From NCBI GenBank assembly GCA_965223295.1, contig CBDCWC010000003.1:1376001-1440000 (forward strand): a stretch of DNA of 64,000 bases. Direction: 5' to 3'. Position 1 is the stretch's first letter. Each line of letters starts with the position of its first letter. A program made the translations under genes and the position numbers. This DNA is from Nitrospirales bacterium (GTDB taxonomy: Bacteria; Nitrospirota; Nitrospiria; Nitrospirales; UBA8639). The notes under the pieces were generated by a model, which had not been told where the DNA came from, ran no database searches, and saw only the letters and a program-made list of their open reading frames with translations. Shown here piece by piece: positions 48,612 to 56,577 of the stretch.

Positions 48612-51161
48612 ATGAATCCCCAAACCAAGCAGATCTATTTGGTTATGATGTTCGTGACGTTGTGTGCGGCATTAAGCTTTGGGTTTTCACATCTCTTTCC
48701 TCAAGGGGACAAATGGCTAAGGGACTGGCAATTGTCTCAGAAGACTACTCAACCTGTTTCTTCATCCATTGTCATGGTAGAGGTGAAAAGCCACAGTCCA
48801 GCCCACTGTGGGGGCGGGCAATGGAATCTGAATGTTCTGGCTTCCCTTATCCTGGCGCTATATCAGGCAGAAGCAGCTGCGATGGCACCAATGTTAGATG
48901 TGTCGCTGCCTGTGGCATCGCAATGTGGAGGGCTGCAAGGGTTGGCTCAGTTAGCTGAAGTGACGAAACATGTGGGATTGGTGAGTTATCCTGATTCCGT
49001 CCCGCCAGCTTTGACGCAGGCAGCTGCTCGAACCGGTTTTCTGGGGCCTTTGTATGAATCGTCAAAGAATGGAGGATTCACTATTTCCGCTGCGTCGCTA
49101 CTCTCTCCTTCTCTACCGTTTGGAATAGCTGTCGCGTCGTTGCTTAAAGATAATCATAAGCCACAGAAAGCAGATTCCTTTCTTCAGATCCCTGATTCCG
49201 TGATTAATCATGAAGAATGGGCTTATCGTCCTTATCAATTCGAGGATATTTGGGAGTTGGTGCAATCAGGAAAACAAGGAGAGCTTCGACGGCTGTTCCG
49301 GGGGAAAGCGGTGTTTCTCTCTGTGAATTCAGAAATGACGGCAAAATATGCCCTTGCTCTTTCCCATGTGGCAATAGCCAATGCCTATGTGACCAATTCA
49401 TGGGTAAGACCTGCTCCATTCATCCTGGCTTTTCTCATCTCCTTCGGCCTGAGTTACTTGGTGATGGTTCCTATGTGGCGTGAGTTATCTTTACATCGAA
49501 TACGACCTATCCTTGGAGCGATAGGATTGCTCGTGAGTGCTGTTCTTGTCCTTGGCTACCAATGGAATTGGATTTGGCCATTGATGAGCATGGGAATGAC
49601 CGTTGGTCTTACCGTTAGTGGGATGGGAGTTTGGAACTTGTTCCAAGTTCAATCAACCGTACAGCAAGGTATTGCTAAAAGGGAACAGATTCTCGCGGAA
49701 CTTAAAGAGGACTTATTGTTGAAGCAACAGGATGTTCGGCTGTTAGAAGCACAACTGTCTGAAACTCAACGTCAATCTGTTCAAGCAGGTTCGGTCATAG
49801 AGGGGTTACAGCATGCACACAATACTTCTCTTGCCCAACTAGAGACTTCTCAATCGGAGATTCAGGAGACGCATCGTAAGATCGAATCTCTTCAAGGAGA
49901 ACTATTTGAACTTCGCCAACAATTGCCTGTGACTTCAGAGGAATGTCCTCAAGAAGACTGCACGAACAATGCCCTCGAGTTGAGTAAGGAGTGCGAAGCA
50001 TTCCAGATTGTGACACGTGACCCGGTTGTTCTTGAATTATTTCAGAATCTTAAGAAGGCTGCAGCAACTCAGGTTCCCATTTTATTGTTGGGTGAAACTG
50101 GAACCGGCAAAGAAGTTTTTGCGAAAGCTGCTCATGCGTTGAGCCCGCGCCGGCAGGGTCCATTTATCTCAGTCAATATGGCTGCTATCCGTGCTGAATT
50201 ATTCGAGGGAGAGTTATTTGGTCATGTGAAAGGAGCCTTTACGGGAGCTGTTGGCCGTAAGGGATTTTTAGAATCAGCAGATGGTGGAACGATTTTTCTA
50301 GATGAGGTGGGGGATCTTCCCCTGGATCTGCAGGCCAAACTATTGCGGTTTTTGGAAGATGGAGGATTTCATCGGGTAGGGCAAAGTACCGTCACCCATG
50401 TGGATGTCCGCATTGTCGCGGCTACGAATCGTGATTTGCATAATAAAGTTCAAGAAGGACGGTATCGAGAAGATCTCTATTATCGATTACGAAGTATTGT
50501 GTTGACGCTCCCTCCTCTTCGGGCCAGAAGCCAAGCGGATCATGTACTATTAGCGCAGTCATTTTTACAGCAATATGCGCAGTCGCAACATCGAACTGAT
50601 CTGGCATTTACGCAAGGGGCCTTAGATGCGATTGCAGACTATCAATGGCCTGGCAACATCCGTGAACTACGGCAAACGGTGGCCCAAGCTGTGGCTCTGG
50701 CGAACGGGGCAGTGATTACCGAAGCCGAGTTGAATTTGGAAAAGCCAAGCCCAACGGTTGTTGAAGGTAATTGGGTGAAGGAAAATATGGGTCAGCAAGA
50801 AGATGCAATGGTTTTAGAATGTTTACGTCAGCATAAATTTGAAATGCAGGCTACGGCGGCAGTTCTGGGTTGGGATCGAGGGACTGTGACTCAGCGTTTA
50901 AAAGGACTCGGATTTCAAGCACTCATGAAATGTCAGGGAGATATCCATGCGGCGGCAGTCGCATTAGCCGGTGACGAGCGTTTGGTTCCCGTACTAGAGA
51001 GACGATTACGTGAATATTCTAAGAACTTGGCTTCTGCATCCAAGAAATATCACTCGGTGGAAGAGGCTATTGCCGATTGCCGAAAACGGTTTCGCAATTT
51101 ACCGGAACGTCATTTTCCAGCGGTGGAACGGTTGCTCCACCAGCGTTTCACAGCGTCATGA
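48612..51161 (+). CDS. Membrane-anchored sigma54 enhancer-binding protein (CHASE2-like sensor, TMs, coiled coil, AAA+, HTH)
   Basis: GETGTGKE, ELFGHVKGAFTGA, FLDEVGD, WPGNIREL, HTH-like ATAAVLGWDRGTV. Confidence 0.88.
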   Translation: MNPQTKQIYLVMMFVTLCAALSFGFSHLFPQGDKWLRDWQLSQKTTQPVSSSIVMVEVKSHSPAHCGGGQWNLNVLASLILALYQAEAAAMAPMLDVSLPVASQCGGLQGLAQLAEVTKHVGLVSYPDSVPPALTQAAARTGFLGPLYESSKNGGFTISAASLLSPSLPFGIAVASLLKDNHKPQKADSFLQIPDSVINHEEWAYRPYQFEDIWELVQSGKQGELRRLFRGKAVFLSVNSEMTAKYALALSHVAIANAYVTNSWVRPAPFILAFLISFGLSYLVMVPMWRELSLHRIRPILGAIGLLVSAVLVLGYQWNWIWPLMSMGMTVGLTVSGMGVWNLFQVQSTVQQGIAKREQILAELKEDLLLKQQDVRLLEAQLSETQRQSVQAGSVIEGLQHAHNTSLAQLETSQSEIQETHRKIESLQGELFELRQQLPVTSEECPQEDCTNNALELSKECEAFQIVTRDPVVLELFQNLKKAAATQVPILLLGETGTGKEVFAKAAHALSPRRQGPFISVNMAAIRAELFEGELFGHVKGAFTGAVGRKGFLESADGGTIFLDEVGDLPLDLQAKLLRFLEDGGFHRVGQSTVTHVDVRIVAATNRDLHNKVQEGRYREDLYYRLRSIVLTLPPLRARSQADHVLLAQSFLQQYAQSQHRTDLAFTQGALDAIADYQWPGNIRELRQTVAQAVALANGAVITEAELNLEKPSPTVVEGNWVKENMGQQEDAMVLECLRQHKFEMQATAAVLGWDRGTVTQRLKGLGFQALMKCQGDIHAAAVALAGDERLVPVLERRLREYSKNLASASKKYHSVEEAIADCRKRFRNLPERHFPAVERLLHQRFTAS

Positions 51162-51200
51162 AACGGGGAAAGAATAGATAATCATTCTCGAGTTTTGTGT

Positions 51201-51236
51201 TCCTCCCCTTTTGTAAGGGGAGGAGTAAGGTGGGGT
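51201..51236. repeat. REP-like palindrome or hairpin between convergent genes
   Basis: TCCTCCCCTT-ttgt-AAGGGGAGGA 10 bp stem followed by GTAAGGTGGGGT. Confidence 0.45.
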
Positions 51237-51312
51237 AGAAGCTCACAGATGGATTAGATCTTTTTTGATAAAGTTTCAAAGATCAGTTTAGGCTGCACTT
51301 CAAACTTTCTTA

Positions 51313-51822
51313 TTAAGCCGGGACAAACTTCAGGGCTGCTGAATTAATGCAATACCGTAATCCGGTTGGCTGCGGGCCGTCATCGAAAACGTGTCCTTGG
51401 TGTCCGTTGCATCGTGCGCAATGCACTTCCGTCCGCGGGTACAGCAGCTTCCAGTCCGTTCGAGTCTCGATGACGTTTTCTGATATCGGTTGCCAAAAGC
51501 TTGGCCACCCTGTCCCGCTGTCAAATTTTGTCTCAGATGAAAAGAGCGCGAGAGCGCACCCTGCGCATTCGTAGGTGCCTTTGGCTTTATTATCGTTATA
51601 TTCATTTGTGAAGGGCCGTTCTGTCCCTTCGTGCCGCAAAACTTGATATTGTTCAGGTGTAAGGACAGCTTTCCATTCTTCATCTGTTTTTGTGATTTTT
51701 TGAATGGCTGTTTTTTCAGGAACGGGATTGCTGGCGGCTAACGAGACGCCCAGCGACTTCGCAAGAATTCCCAGGCCTAAGGCGGCACCGACTTTCATAA
51801 GATCCCTCCTCTTTAATGGCAT
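51313..51822 (-). CDS. msrB: Peptide-methionine (R)-S-oxide reductase with Tat signal
   Basis: KRRDLMK Tat motif; GTERPF, SGTGWPSF, HQGHVFDDGP, RYCINS. Confidence 0.93.
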   Translation of the reverse strand: MPLKRRDLMKVGAALGLGILAKSLGVSLAASNPVPEKTAIQKITKTDEEWKAVLTPEQYQVLRHEGTERPFTNEYNDNKAKGTYECAGCALALFSSETKFDSGTGWPSFWQPISENVIETRTDWKLLYPRTEVHCARCNGHQGHVFDDGPQPTGLRYCINSAALKFVPA

Positions 51823-51950
51823 GTTTGACCTCCTTTGAGTATCTAGCTGACGAAGATAGTCATAAAATAGTCATTTTGCCTTATTGTTATCTGACCTACA
51901 TCAATAGTCTACCAAAAGACAGAATTGTTACGGAAATCTGGCAGAATCCT

Positions 51951-51979
51951 TTGACGGAACTCTGATTACTTTTTACAAT
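51951..51979 (+). promoter_or_regulatory. Candidate sigma70 promoter of the hpf-like gene
   Basis: TTGACG-17 bp-TACAAT. Confidence 0.6.
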
Positions 51980-52097
51980 GTGAGTGTTCTCAATCATCTC
52001 AAAAGGAGGAGGGAGTTTGGCCTAAAAATTTGAAAAAGCACAGGAAAAAGCGATGTTCCCGCCTGGTTTAGCCACTTGTTTGATGGAAGGAGTTGTG

Positions 52098-52475
52098 ATG
52101 GAAAAACAACCGCTGGATATTAAAATGGAAAGCCGAAATGTTGGCATGACTCCACGCTGGAAAACAGAAATCGAACGCCGCGTAAGAGCCCTAGAAACTG
52201 GAATCATTCGTCCCACCCATGCCCGTGTCACCCTCACCAAAAATGCTCATCATAAAAAAGGCGCCGATAATGCAGAAGCCCTCGTCGTCATTACTCTGCC
52301 GCGGAAACGCACAGTGACTGCTCGAAAAGAATCCAAAACTTTTGAAGAGGCTATTCGAGCCGCGTTCCAAGCTATCGATCATGAATTAGATAAAATTGAA
52401 GAAAAACGCATAGCCCGTGCAGCCAAAGCTGCCGGTAAAAAAGCCCAAAAAAGAGAGGCGCTATCTGTAGCTTGA
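52098..52475 (+). CDS. hpf: HPF/RaiA family ribosome-associated protein
   Basis: IKMESRNVGMTP...HARVTL...FEEAIRAAFQAIDHEL. Confidence 0.7.
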   Translation: MEKQPLDIKMESRNVGMTPRWKTEIERRVRALETGIIRPTHARVTLTKNAHHKKGADNAEALVVITLPRKRTVTARKESKTFEEAIRAAFQAIDHELDKIEEKRIARAAKAAGKKAQKREALSVA

Positions 52476-52535
52476 TCGGAAAGAAGAAGTAGGAAAGTAA
52501 AACGTTCAAGAGCGTTCGGACGTTCTTAGCAGGAC

Positions 52536-53978
52536 TTACCTTGTTCTTATCGTAGTTTTGGAAATTTGGAGGAGTTCTCGGCCAGCTTGCATGATGGCCT
52601 TTAGCCGTTCAGGGCTAGAGGCTTCTCCGTAGCACCGGACAATAGGTTCGGTGCCGGATGGACGCAGGAGGAACCATCCCCCGTCGGAGAGAAGTAGCTT
52701 GCAGCCGTCTAGTTTATTGACCTGAATGACTTGCAGGCCGGCAAAGCTAGTAGGAGGTTGGTCAATAACCTGTTTCAATTGGTCTTGCATGTCTTGACTG
52801 ATCGTGAGGTCTTCTCGAGAGGAATGCAGCACTCCCACACGTTCGAACAGATCCTTTAGCAATTCTTGAATGGTCTTTCCGGTAAAGGCCACCATTTCAG
52901 CCACTAATGCCCCTGCCAAAATTCCATCCTTTTCGGGGACATGACCTTTAACAGACAATCCGGCGCTCTCTTCTCCGCCGAACACGATTTCACCTTTAGC
53001 CAGCAGTTCGCCAATAAATTTGAATCCGACCGGGGTTTCATGAACGGTTAAGCCATGGTGGGTAGCTACGGCATCAATGAGATGGGAGGTGGCGACTGAC
53101 CGGGCCACGGCGCCGGTCCATTGTCGGCTCTTAATGAGATAGTCAAGAAGGACAGCCAAAACACCATTGGCTTGAATAAAGGTGCCGTCGGCATCTACGA
53201 CTCCAAATCTGTCGCCGTCGCCATCGGTCGCAAGTCCAAGATGAGCCCGTTCCTGACGGACGGTATCTTTTAATTCTTGCAGTGTTTCGTCCGTGGGTTC
53301 TGGTCGGAACCCACCGAAATATGGATCGCGCCAATGATGGAGAATGGCCAGTTTCGCTCCGGCACTTCGAAGAAACTCGTCCAGATAATTTCGTGTAGTG
53401 CCGAAGAGTGGATCGAAAATCACACGGATCCGGCCATTCCGAATACGGTCTCGGTCGACGTGCCGTTCTAAGGCTTTGAGATAATCTGGTTGAGGATCAA
53501 AATACCGCACCATTCCGTCGTTTTGGGCTTTTTCCCAGGGAACCCACTTGAGGTGTTCGCCGTGCAACAATGGCAGGACTCTCAGTTCAATGGCTTTGGT
53601 TGTTTCAGGTAGGGCTGGTCCACCCCAATCGGGAGTAAATTTTATGCCATTCCATTCAGGGGGGTTGTGACTAGCTGAGATATTAATCCCGCCTGCTAAT
53701 TTTCGATTGATCACATGATAGGAGATCGTTGGAGTTGGTGTATCTCGATCACACAAAAGGCAAGGGATACCATGGGCAGCCATGACTTCCGCTACCACTT
53801 TGGCAAACCGTTCCCCTAAAAACCTGGCATCATAGCCAATGATCATGCCCTGCTGTCCAACTTTTTGCTGGCGCAGGTATTGTGCGATGCCTTGGCAGAC
53901 GATCCGTACATTCTGGACAGTAAAGTCCTCTGCGACAATGGCACGCCATCCAGAAGTTCCAAATTTAATTGAGTCCAT
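52536..53978 (-). CDS. Phosphoglucomutase/phosphomannomutase family
   Basis: FGTSGWR, SASHNP, DGDGDR, GGEES, RPSGTEP. Confidence 0.93.
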   Translation of the reverse strand: MDSIKFGTSGWRAIVAEDFTVQNVRIVCQGIAQYLRQQKVGQQGMIIGYDARFLGERFAKVVAEVMAAHGIPCLLCDRDTPTPTISYHVINRKLAGGINISASHNPPEWNGIKFTPDWGGPALPETTKAIELRVLPLLHGEHLKWVPWEKAQNDGMVRYFDPQPDYLKALERHVDRDRIRNGRIRVIFDPLFGTTRNYLDEFLRSAGAKLAILHHWRDPYFGGFRPEPTDETLQELKDTVRQERAHLGLATDGDGDRFGVVDADGTFIQANGVLAVLLDYLIKSRQWTGAVARSVATSHLIDAVATHHGLTVHETPVGFKFIGELLAKGEIVFGGEESAGLSVKGHVPEKDGILAGALVAEMVAFTGKTIQELLKDLFERVGVLHSSREDLTISQDMQDQLKQVIDQPPTSFAGLQVIQVNKLDGCKLLLSDGGWFLLRPSGTEPIVRCYGEASSPERLKAIMQAGRELLQISKTTIRTR

Positions 53979-54193
53979 TTAAAGGCTCGGAAGTTATATT
54001 TTGAGCGGGGCCGACGACAAATGAGTGGGCAAAAGATTTCTTTAAGAATAAATTATTTTTTCCCTTCTCGCTAGTCCCTAAAGCAGAAAGTCAGCACTTC
54101 TTTTTACTAATCTCTATTTCTATCGAATACTATAAAGCTTAGATAGAGGACCTGGTTGGGCGATCAAACTTTGGGAGGGCTGAATCAATTAGC

Positions 54194-54223
54194 AAGGCCT
54201 CATTCATTGCTGAATGAGGCCTT
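54194..54223 (-). terminator. Hairpin downstream of the PEP-CTERM gene
   Basis: AAGGCCTCATTCA-ttgc-TGAATGAGGCCTT perfect 13 bp stem. Confidence 0.65.
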
Positions 54224-54253
54224 AGAAGAGAACAATGAATCTTAATATATCTG

Positions 54254-54919
54254 TTACACCCTCTTTTTTCTGAAAAACGGAAGGGTGAGAAGACCTGACC
54301 CTAAAAGAATCATGGTGGATGGTTCCGGTGTGGAAGTGTATTGATAGTCAGTTCCGACTAAATCAATCCCTAAGGGAGTTCCATCCACATCATACTTTGT
54401 TTGTCCTGCGAAAACATCCCAGTTATTGCCCCAAAGGGTGAAGCCGGAATCAGTTAAATTGTTAGGGCCGCCATTGGGGGCACCACCGCAACACATTTGC
54501 GCGGCTAAGAAATGGAACGTTCCAGTTTCCTGCAGATCACCCGTCAAAATGTAATCGAACGATCCAGAAGCATGACCTTCTGAATTCGCCGTCAAAGACC
54601 CACCAATAATTTCCATGGAGCCCATCATGCTACCACCAGTTCCGGCGGTGAGAGTTCCGTGGAGATTCGTGAGACCAAAGGTTGTGGCATCCTGGTCAGC
54701 ATATAAGGTTCCGGTGAGGGGCCAATAGAGTTTTGCCCCACTCATACACAAGTCGTTCTTATTGCAATTGGTCGCAGCATGAATACCACTGTACCCAAAA
54801 CCTCCACTGGTTCCTGTTTGAATGTCAATGGAAATTGGGTTTGCCCAAACCGATTGAACCCCTGCGACCAAGAAGACAATCCCAAGTAAGAATCCGAGTC
54901 GAGAGTACTGTTTAATCAT
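54254..54919 (-). CDS. PEP-CTERM sorting domain protein
   Basis: Signal peptide; C-terminal TPEPSTMILLGSGLL...RKKRV. Confidence 0.9.
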   Translation of the reverse strand: MIKQYSRLGFLLGIVFLVAGVQSVWANPISIDIQTGTSGGFGYSGIHAATNCNKNDLCMSGAKLYWPLTGTLYADQDATTFGLTNLHGTLTAGTGGSMMGSMEIIGGSLTANSEGHASGSFDYILTGDLQETGTFHFLAAQMCCGGAPNGGPNNLTDSGFTLWGNNWDVFAGQTKYDVDGTPLGIDLVGTDYQYTSTPEPSTMILLGSGLLTLPFFRKKRV

Positions 54920-54982
54920 GGTTTACTCCTCTGTGTGATCAATCAATAAAAATGTGTTTATGAATAGTTCTTTGCCACTCAT

Positions 54983-54998
54983 ATCAATTCTTGTGCCA
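54983..54998 (-). promoter_or_regulatory. Candidate sigma54 promoter of the PEP-CTERM gene
   Basis: TGGCAC-AAGAA-TTGAT on the minus strand, about 65 bp upstream of the ATG. Confidence 0.55.
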
Positions 54999-55450
54999 CT
55001 CAGAATTGTAAAAAAGGTGTTGGGAAATTTTCCGATGTTAGTAGGAATTCTTGTATGTTGGTAACTGGTCGGTGTTAGGCAATCGGGATACAGGTTGAAA
55101 CTCTGTTCTTGCTTGTTAATTTGACTGACGGAAAAACCTGAAGAAAGTCTAGTTAATAGAAGCAACTACTGACGTTGCTCATGGAAGTGCATAGACCGTG
55201 ATGAATGGAAATGTCGATTTTTCTTCTTCTGAGTGAAGAGAATTGCCATTGGTAGATTTAGAACGAAATGTATCCTGGCCTAAACTGCCCAAAGGAGAAT
55301 TTCATGAAAGAAGCTAAAAGCGTTCCAGTCGACAGAAAGTAGTATCTTCAAATAGTACGGGAGATGAAACAGGCAGAGGTAGGAGAAATTTGCTGAAAAT
55401 CTCAGGAGAAGGAGAGAAGGAACTAGAGAACTGATATGGTGGGGGATGAC

Positions 55451-56221
55451 TTATGCTTGGATTTCACACCAGACGGGAGTGTGGTCCGAGGGTTTATCCA
55501 TGGCGCGTGGGGTGCGGTCAACATTGGCAGTGACGAGAAGATCCGTTGCTTGGGGGGAGAGCATCAAATGGTCAATACGTAGGCCTTCGTCACGATTCCA
55601 TCGGCCAGCTTGATAGTCCCAATAGGTATAGAGTCCCAGTTCTGAATGAAACGCACGAAGGGCATCGGTATACCCTAAATGGCAGAGTTTTCGAAAGCGG
55701 GCGCGGGATTCTGGCTGGCAAAGGGCATCGTCCGCAAACCCAGTAGGGTCGTAAACATCGTCATTTGTGGGGCATACATTATAGTCACCTGCTAGAACCA
55801 CTGGTTCTTCCAGTGACAAAAGGGACCGGGCATGAATGATTAAGCGGTCCATCCATTTGAGCTTGTAAGAAAATTTTTCAGTGCCAATGGGATTTCCGTT
55901 AGGTAAATAGATTGACGCGACTCGGATGTTGCCTATCAGCGCTTCGATGTAACGGGCTTGTTCGTCAGAAGGATCGCCAGGGAGTTCTGTTTGTTCCACC
56001 TCAATAGGATTTTTCGAAAGGATCGCGACTCCGTTATAGGTTTTTTGTCCGGTGATAGCCATATTGTATCCCAGCTCGTCGATAGCCATTTTGGGAAATT
56101 GGTCCTCAGTCGTCTTGAGTTCCTGCAAGAGGATCACATCTGGATTGGCTTGAGCTACCCACTCGATCAGGTGAGGAATTCTGACTTTAATAGAATTCAC
56201 GTTCCAAGTCGCAATTTTCAT
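55451..56221 (-). CDS. xth: Exodeoxyribonuclease III
   Basis: MKIATWNVNS, LQELK, GDYN, GLRIDH, SDHTPV. Confidence 0.95.
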   Translation of the reverse strand: MKIATWNVNSIKVRIPHLIEWVAQANPDVILLQELKTTEDQFPKMAIDELGYNMAITGQKTYNGVAILSKNPIEVEQTELPGDPSDEQARYIEALIGNIRVASIYLPNGNPIGTEKFSYKLKWMDRLIIHARSLLSLEEPVVLAGDYNVCPTNDDVYDPTGFADDALCQPESRARFRKLCHLGYTDALRAFHSELGLYTYWDYQAGRWNRDEGLRIDHLMLSPQATDLLVTANVDRTPRAMDKPSDHTPVWCEIQA

Positions 56222-56250
56222 TGAGCGTCTCAATAAGTATTTACAAAACG

Positions 56251-56544
56251 TTACGACGATGCGGAGGAATGTGATGAAGAATCTGTGTCGCGTTGAAAGA
56301 GGACTTGGAACCCTTGAAATTGTTTTTGAAATAGAGTTTTCAATATGAATGGCGTAATACCAAAAAATAAAACACTATAAATACAAATTTCTAAAATATA
56401 CTGAGACTCTTCAGAGACCGTACTATTGAAAATGACGGGAACTGTCCACCCAATAGTCATGCTCACAAACATGAGAATGACCACGTGCCGCCAAACGAGA
56501 AACCACATGAGTTTTAATAGTTCCCCATAAGTTGGTGTCTCCAT
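56251..56544 (-). CDS. Small membrane protein, hypothetical
   Basis: AAGGA RBS, two TM segments, lies between polA and xth. Confidence 0.55.
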   Translation of the reverse strand: METPTYGELLKLMWFLVWRHVVILMFVSMTIGWTVPVIFNSTVSEESQYILEICIYSVLFFGITPFILKTLFQKQFQGFQVLFQRDTDSSSHSSASS

Positions 56545-56577
56545 GATTCCTTAGCTTCCTTTCTTTCCCAAAATTCT

